Under the pieces are notes generated by a model. The model saw nothing but the letters and a program-made list of their open reading frames with translations. It was not told where the DNA came from and made no database searches. From positions 1 through 52,933 of the forward strand of contig JAHBMJ010000251.1 of assembly GCA_018398765.1 (NCBI GenBank): DNA of 52,933 nt, written 5' to 3'. Positions 23,139-35,699 of the stretch are shown piece by piece (the first letter of the stretch is position 1; each line of letters starts with the position of its first letter). The translations under genes and the position numbers were made by a program. The stretch comes from Chromera velia (Eukaryota).

Positions 23139-25546
23139 TTATCACTTATCACTTAACCCTTACTGGCCTTCAAAATTAAGTTTCTAACTCCGACTCCTTG
23201 TAGTCACGGTATTCTCCATAAGTTGAGATCAACATTTTAAGGTAAAAAACGAAAAATTTCCAGTAAATTTCCAGCAACTGAAAAAAAAGCTAGAAATTTA
23301 ACTAAAAATTTTATAGGGCGGAATTAATGTCAATCAATCAATCAATCAATGTACATAAATCCTAGTATAAATCCCATCATATTCTATTCTAGATCCTATC
23401 ATCCATTCAAAGCTAGGACTTTTAATACTTATGGGTCCGTAGTGATGGCATATTAATGTATGATAATGATGATGACATCTGTGCCAGATTTTCTGGTTTG
23501 TATCAAACTGTAGCAGTACCACTGGCAGCTTCTAGGCCAGCTTCGGGCCTTACGACTGAGCCCAGGTCCGCTTTCATTTAATTGCTAAGCAGCTAGTGTG
23601 TTTGTTAAGTGTCTTTGAGGTGATAACTAGGGTGATGATCCCTGGTGATCTCATGGCCGCCAGCTTGATGCAAGTCGACCAGTGCAGGAGAAAAGGACCA
23701 GCTGCCTGCAGATGAAAAAGAAAAAAAACAGCTCTGTTACTCAGATGTGAACGGCTTTGCAGACGATTGACCTCGGCTTGCCTTTCCGACCGTCCACTTC
23801 CTTCACCCCACCAGGGTACCTGCAGAGAAGAGACGCCTTCAGACTTTCTGGATGCCCCTTTCAACAAGCAGGCAGCCTTAGTTGTGATATGAAGGAGAGA
23901 GGTCAGTCAGCAGGTGGCAGGATCGAAGTGTCCGTCCTCACACAGGCACCCCGAAAAAAAGGAAATTCAGCAGAGCTCATTAGATGACATCATGACAGTA
24001 AGTAAATCAAAAGTTGCATGGGGGAACTTTAATTTGCCGGCCGTCGTCAACCAACCAACCAACGAAGCAACCAATGGCACAACACGAAAGTCTGTTCGGA
24101 AGAAAGAAAGAGGGGCAGGCAGGGGGGGACGAAGTGGAAGTTCAACTCTGTCAATCGCCTGCGTTAATTCCTTTCTTCTTCCCCTCCTGCTCCCTCTAGT
24201 TTTCCCACTTGCATTCCTTCCAAACGCTGTCTGTCCTTTTTCCTTCGTCTGTCCTCATGCTCAACTGAGCGCTTCTGAAGCTCTCACGCGAGGAGGTTGA
24301 GGGCAAAACGAAAGGAGGTGAAGGATGAGACTCACGAAGGAAAGAAAAGAAGAGAAGCCGAAGATAACGAACGTGCAGACATGCAGAATCAAACAACAAC
24401 TCTGCACACATCACTTCTGGTCACATGGATCGATCTGCATGATCGAGAAAAATGAAAAGACAGGCTTTCATGCCTGAAGTATTTATTCATTCATTGTGTT
24501 CTTCATATCCCTCTTCAAACGGCGCTCTCCCATTTCCGCCATCAATCAAACAACGTTTCTTCATGAGGACTTCATTCGTTTGATCCAAGATCCTTTAGTA
24601 CATACAGACTGCATGTGCGGAATGAAAGAGACAGACAGACAGAGACGTCTGAATTCATTGAGAGCAGCCAGATGCTGCGTTCATGCATTCATCGCATCAG
24701 CAACCCGCTAGTTTTAAATTTCTCCTCCTTCTCGATCCTTCTTTCACTTCCTTTAATTCTTTCGTCATCCGATTTTGCTCTTTTTTCGGGTATCAGGTGA
24801 AAAGACAGTCTGAGCTACAGACAGCTAAGCAGAGCCTGTTTCTCCTCATCTCTCTGTTTTGAGCTTGGCCGGCTGAATGCCCTGCTTTTCTCTTCTTTCT
24901 TTTTTTGGCCTAGCTAGCTTCCTTTTGCCCCTTGTTCTCTTTTAGGCCCGGATTGTCATGTCCCTGAGACAGAGTCTGCTCTCCTCTCCGCTCTGCACTC
25001 GCGAGAACCGCCGTGCTTTCCTTCGGAGTCGAAGCGTAAAGAACAAACTTGAGTGAGTGAGTCAGACATTCAAAACGGACCGACCGTTCAAAAGACAGAC
25101 AGACAGACACACATTTGACGCACGCAATTTTGATGCGTCCGTGCGTGCGTCAATTGACTTTCAAGGGACACACGTGCCCTCGAGGTTCTTCGCTGTTCTT
25201 TTTTGCGCTGCAAAACAGAAAGTGGTAAGGAAACAAACAAAGAAAGAAAGAAAGAAAGAAGGAAAGAGAGAAAGGAAGAAAGGAACGAAGAAAAAAAGTG
25301 CAAGACAGCAATAACCCCCATAGAACTGAAATCTTCATGCAAACTCTCCTTCTGACTCGGCTTGCGTCGAATAGAGAGAAAGAATGCGTCTGTCCAAATT
25401 TCATTTTGAACAGAAAAAGAAAGCGAGAAAGAACCAAAGGCGAGAATATCAGTGAATGAAAAAAGTAAACGGAAAAGTGAGTGAAAAAATGACTTGACGA
25501 GAAACTTCTTTGAGCGATGCGCGTGACGGAGAGAGACAGTCTTCCT

Positions 25547-25613
<67 letters not shown>

Positions 25614-27015
25614 TTTCTTGCTCCGTAAGAGCGCCCTCAAAAAGGGCGTGAAACCAACGCGAACAAAACACATGTATTTTGCCGTTCACTCTTAAAGCCA
25701 GCTTTGGGCTTCGAAAAGATGGAACAATTAAGAGACAGGCACAAACACATGCAGACCGCAAGAAAAAAAAAAAATTCAGTTCGAACAAGCCGAGACCATC
25801 AGCCCGATCTCCTTCCTCATTTTTCGGACAAATCAAAGAACGACGGAGTCGCAATACATGCCAAAAAAACTCCCCACCACCTTTTCCGTCTTTTCTAATT
25901 AGGGCAGGCAGAGGACAGAAACAGAGAAACAAGAAGGTCGATCTCAGAAACAAACCAACTATGTTTAACTACCTCAAGAACCCATTCTTGCTTTTCTGCT
26001 TCTAAGCGAATTCGTTGGATTGAATTGGAGTGAACTCATGCAGACGACCAGAAAATGGACCCACAAACGTCCTCCTGCCAGCCAGCAGGCACGGTGTGTA
26101 AGTGGATCGTGGATGCAAAATCATTAAGCGAGAATTCTTTCCCTCAAAGCAAGAGAGAGAAGGCGACAGATAGGAGTGGAGAGAAGTTATGGTACAGAAA
26201 GGGGGCGTTTTTCGGTTCTTGGATCACTGCAAGGGTGCGTGGTAGAATAAAGGTGCTGCCTTTACAGTGCGGCTTATAACGTTTCCACTTGTCTTTCTAC
26301 GTTCTTTTTTCGTTTGTTCAGTCGGAGTGCCCTTACAGACAGTTGTCCTTTCTCTCTCGGCCGCTTTTTCGTTTTCTCGGTTTTTCCTTTCGAAGGAGAA
26401 CAAGCGAGTGGCTGCTTTCGCATTTCAAAGCGCCTCATTTTGTCTCTCTTCTCTTCAGTCATGTGCATCAGTTCTTTCGGACTTCTAAACGAAGAACAAC
26501 TGGCTTTCATTTGAACGAATTCGAAACCCTTCAAGGGCTTGGACCAGATCAGAAAAAGGGAGAAGGAGATCAAACATCAAATGCGAAGAGGAGGGGAGAA
26601 GAGAGAAAGACGGAGAACGAGAAGGCATAGAAGAGTGAGACTGAACAACCCCCACTACGCAGGACAGTGAGTCCTTCGTTTTCATGAAGTTGGTGACAGT
26701 AGACAGAACGAATTCAGTCTTCACATAAACAGCAGAGTGGACTTACTGCACCCATCTAGTGCTTTTCTAAACAGCACAGCAGAGGAAAGTGGAAAGGGTT
26801 GAGGGAAGAAGAAAGAAACAGATGCGCAGGGAAAGGAACAGCCTGAAGGGTAAATTCTGTCTGACGTCTCAACCGTCTTTCTCCTTCTTTGCTTTCTTCT
26901 TTGCCTTCATTTCCTTACCTTATTGTACAAATGGTGAAAGTTCTTTCTCTTCCACCTTTCTTCTGATTCATTCTGATTCTTGTCTTTTCTAATGTACGTC
27001 GCAATCCTCCCTCCC

Positions 27016-27974
27016 TCACTGTCTCTCTGCCACCATGAGGGTCATCGAAGGCTTCTCCACAGGTCCTAGTTCTCTCCCCGTCTCTCTGAACAGTCTCACC
27101 TTCCACACCCCATGAGGAGATACCCCGTAGAAGAACACACGTTCTTCCTCACTGAGGGACCCTCCCAGATTCACACTCACTTCCCCTGTCGGGTCCTCCT
27201 GGTGGTGTGAGACTGTGAACGTTCTCCGTCTCCCCCCGTCTCCGTTCTCTCCTCTGTCTCCCTGCCCACTCTCGACCTCGACCATCAGAGGGTCGAAGGA
27301 GGACGGCAGCTCTCCGGGGAGACGCACAGACAGAAAGAGGGACCAGTCAGTCACCATCTGCTCTTTGTGAGGACTGCCGGAGGAATCTGTGTTCAATTCC
27401 CCTTCCTTTAGAGAGAACTCCAACGAGACACCCGCAGCACGGGAGGAAAAGGAAGGGAATGACTGTCCTTCTCCCGTCTCCGTCTGCTGTGTGGTTGAAG
27501 CCCGGATCATCTGAAGGGGCTGCACGGTAGTTTTCCATTCCTTCGCCGGGGCAAAGATGAGAGACAGGGACGCACTCATTACCGTCGTGTCTCCTCTCTT
27601 CTGTCTGTCTCTGATCTCCACAACCCATGGCCGTGTATCTGTGCATGTAGGGGTCTGTTCGTTCTCGGGAATTTCTGAGGCTTCTTTTTTGTTGTTGGAA
27701 GGTTCGCACACTGAGGCCGGGGGGGGAAGAGCAAGAGCGAGGACGTGTGCGTCCAGGGAGACGGTGGGAGAGCAGAGAGACCCCAGGTCTATGGAATTTC
27801 CTGATGGACTCAGGAGAGCAGCCGTCATTTCACATGTCGAGACAGAGTGATAGGCCTCCACTGAGAGATCGACACGGGCGAGGGCCTCTCCTCCGTCGGG
27901 CCCTGTCGCCTTCGCTCGGGAGAGGGCGTCCCAGGAAGGGAAACGGATTCGCACAGAGGCTGCACAAATAGACA

Positions 27975-28006
<32 letters not shown>

Positions 28007-29880
28007 AAGAGAGAGAGAGGGGNGGGGGGGGGGGGAAGAGAATTCATGAGCGTGTGCACCCATAGAGCCAACCAAACAGCTGCACCCAGTCGGAAAAAAC
28101 GGGGGACGGAGAGAGGACGTGAGACAATTTGGAGGTGGGCAAACAGTTTCATGCTAAAGCCAGACGGGAGCCGCACACCCCACCACATCACGTCAAATCA
28201 CAGCGCGCTCACTCCCACAGAACTGAAAATGATTACGAATACTCATGAATAAAAAAGAACCGATACCGAACCAACCCGAAGAATCGTCTCCCGTCACTCC
28301 CACGGGGAACAGAGATTTCCCTTCAATCGGCTCGACATCGTACTTGGAGGTCATCCGAGCCTCCACGTCCTTCATCTTCCGAGCCCTGTCGAGAGCCCCT
28401 GCAAACTCTGTTGCTCTGACCACTCCCTCACCCTCACACCTAATAATCCCCCTGTCGAGCCCCCTAGTGCCCCTGTCTCTAGGGCAGTTGGACTCCCGAA
28501 TGCAGCTACGGCCTCTTGACCATGCACGCACCCAGTCGGAATCGCCTCTGACCAACAGACCCTCCAGTTGCTCCGTCATCGCGTTGAACACGGGAGACCC
28601 TGAGTTGCCCCCGAATGTATCCAGTCTCGCTTCGAAATACGCAGAGGGACCGTTGTTGAGCATCATCGAGAGGGAGTCCAGGCCCGACCTGCGCCTGGTC
28701 GTCTTGGCAGGCAGGCCGTTCTGCAAAGAAAAGAGAAACAAGTTGGGGAAAGCAAGAAGAAGACAAAATAAACCAAGATGCGGAGAAGATGAGACAATAC
28801 GTGCAGAAAGAACGACAGGCGCACACTCTCTAAAGAATGGGTAGGCGTGCTTCTGCTTGACTGTATGCCTCCTTTCTCTCACTTTCTCTCTCTGTCCCTT
28901 TCTCTCTCTGTCCCTTTCTCTCTCTGTCTCTGTCTCCCTTCCTCTCTCTCAGAGAGTCTCTCTCTCTGTTTAGATACTTTGGGATGTCTGGTGGACGCAT
29001 TAAATCGTGAAGTCACACGTGGACATGGCTCGGCACTCCCCTCTCCCTCTACCTTCTCCCTAAGGAATCGTTCTTTGCCGAAAACTTGACAGGGATGAAA
29101 CCCAGCATCTTGCCGAACAAAGGCAGCCGTCTACATTTTGGACAACGTTGGCTGATGTCAGAGTACAAGAGGCTTTGCAAAGTTCGTTCATTTCAGGATC
29201 GATTGATCACAAACCACCAAAAACCACTGCATTGATGAAAGAAAGACACCGACCGGATGTCCGATCACGAAGAAGTGTTGCGCCGCCACTCTCCCCATCC
29301 TCCTTGTTTCGACTGCCTCTCTGTCTGACACACTGCGGGACAGTCGTACAAGGGCCCAGTCAGAACGCCGGGTCCCTGTCCCGTAGTTGGCCCCAATCAG
29401 TGCGCTGGCCTCGTACACTTCGCTCATGGGGATGGACAGAATGTTGGAGCGCTCTGCGGTGTTGAAGCCGAACACGTAGTAATAGGCGGACCACGTCCCA
29501 GAGCCAACACAGTGCCCTGCAGTGGCCACAATGTCGTCATCGACAAGCACACCAGTGCAGGAAGCAGGCACGGGCTCGAAGCGGAAGCGGACAGAGTCAC
29601 AGTAATTCTGCCTCTGTGCCATTCTCTCGCTGTTGGGGACGAGGAATCCGTTGACAACGCGTGCACGCCCCTTTCTGATCAACGCGACGGTGGATCGGAG
29701 AGATGGAGTGGCCTCAGTCGGGTTTTGACGGTTGTCCTGATGCCACACCATTTTGGAGGAATCATCTGGAGCGACCGTCCTGTTGGACTGGAGGAGCGTT
29801 CCTGTGGGCCCTGGGAATGCAGTGGTGCCTCTGGAAAAGGCCACACAGTGGATGAGAGGGAGTAGGATGGAGAGGCGCAT
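27016..29880 (-). CDS. Secreted trypsin-like (clan PA, S1) serine protease with a C-terminal proprotein-convertase P-domain-like region, 3 exons
   Basis: Exons 29880-29254, 28720-28276, 27959-27016. Signal peptide MRLSILLPLIHCVAFS. Catalytic triad motifs TAGHC, SDWALVRL, DTFGGNSGSPV; GHP|NGLPAK spans intron 1. C-terminal LLSPSG and FYGVSPHGVWKVRL are P-domain-like. Confidence 0.88.
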
Positions 29881-30133
29881 TGTTGAAGAAGATCTTTTGG
29901 TGCGTGTCGGGGCAGGAAGGTATATCACTGCTTAAATTAATTTAATGCGGGGGGCGGGGCTCTGTGTTTTTCTTTCCGTTGTCTTTGATCAGACCACCTG
30001 CGATTCTCATACAATGGACGATATAGAAGGATCTCCACACTCGTGTCAGAGTCCAGACTCAAGAGTAGAGTCTTTTCTGATGCTGCATGAGTTTTTGAGT
30101 CAGCGGTTTTCATGCGGTTTTCTGATGGTTTTC

Positions 30134-30430
30134 TGCATGCATGATGGTTTTCTGCGATCTGCATGCATGCATGGGCCCGGCGCGGGCCGCGCGCGGCGCG
30201 GCCGGCCGGCGGGGCTCATTTGTGGCCCCGGAAAGCGAAGCGGGGCTAGCTATATATATAGCTATCTGACGCAAGCAAGCTTGCGAACGGCCCCGGAAAG
30301 CAAGAAAAATGAGAACTGCACGAGATTGACGCACGCCGGCCAGCCTCGCGCCGACCTCGGACCCCCCCCCCCGCGGGAAAAAAGCATGCGCGGAACCCCC
30401 CCCTCCCCCGGGAAAAAAGCCCGGGGGTAA
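30134..30430. promoter_or_regulatory. GC-rich, TGCATGCA-containing upstream region of the protease gene
   Basis: Repeated TGCATGCATG at 30135-30173, followed by CG palindromes. Confidence 0.4.
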
Positions 30431-31760
30431 GTGGAGATCTGAAACCCATCTGACGCACGCATCTCGCAAATTCAGCATTTCGGGGCCGGGTTTTTAGCGA
30501 AAGACACTGTGCGTAATGCAATAATAAGTTGATTGTATTATTGATTGATGTAGGTCTTCGTTCTTGATGTATAGCTTCATCGTGGAAGCTTCTGCACTGG
30601 TCATGCGCCACGTACAGAGTTCTGAGAGACTGTACATTGCTAGCCTGAAGATGAGTGATTTGAAAGAATATCTCAAGTTATGAATCAAACGTTCTAGTGA
30701 TGAATCAAGTTATTTGTATTATTAGACACATCGGCAGGAAGCAGTGCCTCTTAGGGGTTTTAGGAATGTAGTTAATTAAAAGTACCATTTTGATTATTTG
30801 AATGCTAATTACCTTTTTAGAAATATATTCTACTAATTACCCCTGTATGCCCAATTTTAATTTTTTTAGTGGAATTTAAATAGTAAACCAGCTAAATGTT
30901 AACGGCACCACCATCATCGTTAAAAGATTGTGGTCCATGAAAGTGAACTTCATGTTTTTCCTATATGATACCACTTATTAATTTTCGTTAAATACGTTCC
31001 CCTTCATTCTCTTCTCTAACCTCTGTCATCTCTTTAGTGACTATTGAGAGATCCCCATCCTTGCGACCCTTCTCCTCATCTCTCCCTCCCTTCTTTCCCC
31101 TTTCCCCTTCATTCTCCTCTCAGGCTCTAACTTCTATCATCTCTTTAGTAACTATTGAGAGATCCTCATCCTCACGACCCTTCTCCCCATCTCTCCCTCC
31201 CCCCTTTTCCTTTTCCCCTTCATTCTCCTCTCTAACCTCTGTCATCTCTTTGGTGACTATTGAGAGATCCCCATCCTGCAATGAAAAAGTCAGTCATTCA
31301 TCTATCCCAAAGCTAGCTCCATATTAAGATGACCTGCATACAAAAAAAGGTTTAAGTCTTCCACACAGACAATCAACAATACGATTCTTTCACATCATTG
31401 ATTCAGTGTCACAACAGTGAGCACAAACAGAATCTGCTTGACTGTACTTTTCATCTGTTTCAAACGCGCGAGCAGATCCATGACGGGCTGCGCAGGATGA
31501 AACCTTTGGGAAAATACAATGCGGGGACAATCAACAATGCGATTATTTCATATCATTGATTCAGTATCACAACAGTGACCACGGTGACACACAGAATCTA
31601 TTTAACTGTACTTTTTATCTGTTTCAAACGTGCGAGCGGATCTATGATGGGCTGCGCAGGATGAAACCTTTGGGAAAATACAGTGAAGGAAGTTATGAGA
31701 GCGTGAAGAGAATAATCACGTATGCACCTAGGCATGCACACAAAGCTTCGGAAGACTCAC

Positions 31761-32663
31761 CTGCAATTTCTTCTCAGCGATTCAGGTGCTTCCCTTGTTT
31801 TTTCATGACGCGCGTAGCCTTGGTGTACTGTTTTGCCCTTGCAGCCATGTAGATTGCCCGACCAGGTTTGGAGGTCCCCCCTGGAGGACTTGTGGATCTG
31901 CAAGGGAGCAAACTTCATGGGACATCTCTCGGTGGATGCAGTAGAAGCACGGGAAAGAGATTCCTCCTCGCTGTCAGAAGGCTCCAGCGCGATTTCCCAG
32001 AAGAGCCAAAGTGTGTGTACCGTATCCTCAGAAGACTTTCGGTATTCTGGAAGACCACCAAGCGAATAAGCTGCGGCCGCCCAGGTTTTTGAGATCTTTC
32101 GGTGTTCTGCCTGTGACATACTTCCAGCGGTTCTCACAATCCTTTTACGAAGCCCTTCCAATTTTTCAGGGGCCCATCTGGTATCCATCAGTCGCAGGTC
32201 GCTCTGAGAACGGAATTGCATGCGAAAGAAGGTTTCGAACTTTTTTGACTTAGAATGTTAGGTTAGTCAAATAATGTCGCCCATCTCTCGCCCCCTTCCG
32301 ACTATCCAAAATCTCGTGCCAAAACAGCAAAACCTTCATGGAAGGCTTTTCAGACAGAATCTTGTAGGCATCTGTTTCGTTAGTTGGATCTCCCGCCTCT
32401 TCACACATCAAGGCATACAATTCTGCAATCAGAAGACAACACAGGCCGGCCACCCCCCAGAAACACACAATCGACTCTTTGATGAGTCTCCGGGGGAGTA
32501 CCACCCCCTTGTGGACCTTCAAATGAATGCCGGTCCTGAGTGTCATTTTGGCCTCCTGTCTTATGGACGATCTCACAGAGTGCAGTGACTCCTTTCTTTC
32601 CCAACAACACGCGTTGTCTGGCTGTTCTCTTATCATATACACACGTACGTATATAAGAATCAT
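31761..32663 (-). pseudogene. Degenerate cargo gene in the left arm, running outward into the TIR
   Basis: ORFs 32663-32250 and 32221-31757. The latter ends at a CAG|GTGAGT donor (31760). The TIR-borne last exon begins at 31333 but has CAA>TAA at 31324-31326. Confidence 0.45.
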
Positions 32664-33139
32664 ACATATGAATTACGTGTGCAATACACATGCAATACGT
32701 ACGTGCACGCATGTATGCAGGTCAGGGGTTAGGCATGAAGGCCGGTAAGCTATAGTTGCATTAGGTAATCTCACTTATAAAGCGACATTTTTGAGCTTGG
32801 ATGGGACAGCCTGACTGTAGACGGATGGCTACTTAACCTGGCTATGTGCGCATGACATTGTGCATGCGTCATAGAATATTGAATATGCATGCAGTCGTAC
32901 GGATACCAATCTGTTGCCACCGTCTCTCTCTGTTCTCTTCTTCTTCCCCACTAATCTTAAATAAAAAGTGGCACAGATTCTGAAGCTACAACATTCAAAA
33001 CGAAGACTAGATCTGAGATCGTAATAATTTTTCGATGTGATTGGTACTGTTTTCAGGCTAAAATAGCAATATTTTTTGTCTTTTCATTTCTGTTTGGCGT
33101 GTAGAAAAGCCTGGAGCAGGGGGGCGGCTATGCCGCCAG

Positions 33140-34012
33140 ATGATGGCTCGTCCTCTACCTCCTTTACTCTATAAAAGTTGGCAGCGGGTAAGTACAGAAA
33201 CATGTGACTGGATAGAGAGGGAAAAAGTTGAACGCGTGTTAAGAGAAAGAGATCTAGAAGTGGGAAGCCAGAAGGTAGTCTGAGACGATCACGTAAATTA
33301 TGTGTTGCTGGGAGTGACATCGTCTAGAGAAACTCTTCGGATATGGTATGGAACGGAAACGGCAGGCCCACGGAATGGAGGAAAGAAAGCTAAACAGAGT
33401 GCTGCTACTCGTGTGTTCAGTTTGGGAAAACTGAAAGGTTTTTTCTTTTATTTCTTGTCAGAGCCAGGGAAAGGGACGCTGTGGCTGTCTTGTTTAGACA
33501 GAAGCAGCGTGAGGGTGTATGTGGTGGATGTTGTGAAATCACAGACGGTCTCCTACGAAGTGGAGGCTGATTTCACAGGTGCTCTTTATGCAATAGAATA
33601 TGCGAGAGGGCGGATTATGAAATGGACCCGTCCTTTCAAGAAAATCCAAGTGCGGGGCGCATTCATAGGAAGGGGGGAGATGGAGAAGCTAGAAGAAGAG
33701 ACGATGAGAGGTCTCGTTTTTACCTATGGGCCCGAGTGGAAGGCTCGGATGGTCGATGAGGATGGAACATGGCTCTATGGATTGCCCCTGTTGTGGGCGC
33801 ATGTGTGTGGCCGCTGTTTTCGTTGTGGGGGGTGTGTAAAAGAGTGTGGCGGTGCAAGAAGTTGTTCGGTTGTTCTTCCCCCTTTGCCTCCCCGTAGAGG
33901 CGTTGGACGGCCTCGCAATGCATGTGACATCTGCCGAAGAGACCCCAAAAACGTCAGGTGCCTGCAAGATGGTCAGTGCGCTGCCCGTGCAGAAGCTCGT
34001 GCAGAGACTTAA
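33140..34012 (+). pseudogene. Copy 1 of a ~290-aa protein with C-terminal Cys cluster and AT-hook-like GRPR; premature TGA at 33281
   Basis: The codon is CGA in copy 2 and TGA here; the remainder is open (33302-34012). Confidence 0.7.
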
Positions 34013-34563
34013 TTTAGAAAATAACAGACATTTGAGTGTTTTTATACTTTTTGTGGGTCATTACTAAGTTTTCTATTTAAAATAAAATTTATACTTGTGT
34101 GGCTGATTTCTATCTATTTTTTTAGAGATTTGTTGTTTTTTTCTCTATAGAAAGTCCCTACAATGTCTATTTATGATTGAGATTACCTAGGTAATCTCAC
34201 TTATAAAACGACATTTTTGAGCTTGGATGGGACAGTGTGACTGTAGACGGATGGCTGCCTGACCTGGCCATGCAGGCATATGCGTGCGTGCGTCATAGAA
34301 CATTGCACATGCATGCAGTCGCACGGATACCAATCTGTTGCCACCGTCTCTCTCTGTTCTCTTCTTCTTCCCCACTAATCTTAAATAAAAAGTGGCACAG
34401 ATTCTGAAGCTACAACATTCAAAACGAAGACTAGATCTGAGATCGTAATAATTTTTCGATGTGATTGGTACTGTTTTCAGGCTAAAATAGCAATATTTTT
34501 TGTCTTTTCATTTCTGTTTGGCGTGTAGAAAAGCCTGGAGCAGGGGGGCGGCTACGCCGCCAG

Positions 34564-35436
34564 ATGATGGCTCGTCCTCTACCTCCTTTACTCTATGAAA
34601 GTTGGCAGCGGGTAAGTGCAGGAACATGTGACTGGGTAGAGAGGGAAGAAGTTGAACGCGTTTTGAGAGAAAGAGATGTAGAAGTGGGAAGCCAGAAGGT
34701 AGTCCGAGACGATCACGTAAATTATGTGTTGCTGGGAGTGACATCGTCTAGAGAAACTCTTCGGATATGGTATGGAACGGAAACGGCAGGCCCACGGAAT
34801 GGAGGAAAGAAAGCTAAACAGATTGTTGCTGCTCGCGTGTTCGGTTTGGGAAAACCGAAAGGTTTTTTCTTTCATTTCTCGTCAGAGCCAGGGAAAGGGA
34901 CGCCGTGGCTGTCTTGTTTAGACAGAAGCAGCGTGAGGGTGTATGTGGTGGATGTTGTGAAATCACAGACGGTCTCCTACGAAGTGGAGGCTGATTTCAC
35001 AGGTGCTCTTTATGCAATAGAATATGCGAGAGGGCGGATTATGAAATGGACCCGTCCTTTCAAGAAAATCTAAGTGCGGGGCGCATTCATAGGAAGGGGG
35101 GAGATGGAGAAGCTAGAAGAAGAGACCATGAGAGGTCTCGTTTTTACCTATGGGCCCGAGTGGAAGGCTCGGATGGTCGATAAGGACGGAACATAGCTCT
35201 ATGGATTGCCCCTGTTGTGGGCGCATGTGTGTGGCCGCTGTTTTCGTTGTGGGGGGTGTGTGAAAGAGTGTGGCAGTGCAAGAAGTTGTTCGGTTGTTCT
35301 TCCCCCTTTGCCTCCCCGTAGAGGCGTTGGACGGCCTCACAATGCATGTGACATCTGCCGAAGAGACCCCAGAAACGTTAGGTGCCTGCAGGATGGTCAG
35401 TGCACTGCCCGTGCAGAAGCTCGTGCAGAGACTTAA
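34564..35436 (+). pseudogene. Copy 2 of the same gene; premature TAA (35071) and TAG (35194)
   Basis: The codons are CAA and TGG in copy 1 and TAA and TAG here. Confidence 0.7.
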
Positions 35437-35699
35437 TTTAGAAAATAACAGACATTTGAGTGTTTTTATACTTTTTGTGGGTCATTACTAAGTTCTCTAT
35501 TTAAAATAAAATTTATACTTGTGTGGCTGATTTCTATCTATTTTTTTAGAGATTTGTTGTTTTTTTCTCTATAGAAAGTCCCTATGATGTCCATTTATGA
35601 TTGAGATTACCTAATGCATGCATGCCCCGCAAATTTTGCATTGCGAGTGCATGGGTGGCCCGTGCACCGCTTCTATACCCTCTGTCATCCATCCCTACC

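Larger units (their letters stand above)
32762..35611 (+). repeat. 1424-bp direct tandem duplication (~32762-34186 / ~34187-35611)
   Basis: Near-identical copies; for example, the stop codon at 34012 corresponds to 35436. Confidence 0.95.

Noticed and set aside
23570..27000. Possible gene, with an exon-like piece at ~24946-25052
   Set aside because: No consistent exon chain or recognisable protein motif could be built.
30751..30764. TTAGGGGTTTTAGG at the element ends, suggesting a telomere-bearing element
   Set aside because: Only two degenerate units; insufficient evidence.
31010..31690. Repeat-spacer-like pattern suggesting a CRISPR array
   Set aside because: The intervening sequences are themselves homologous; eukaryotic context and no cas genes.
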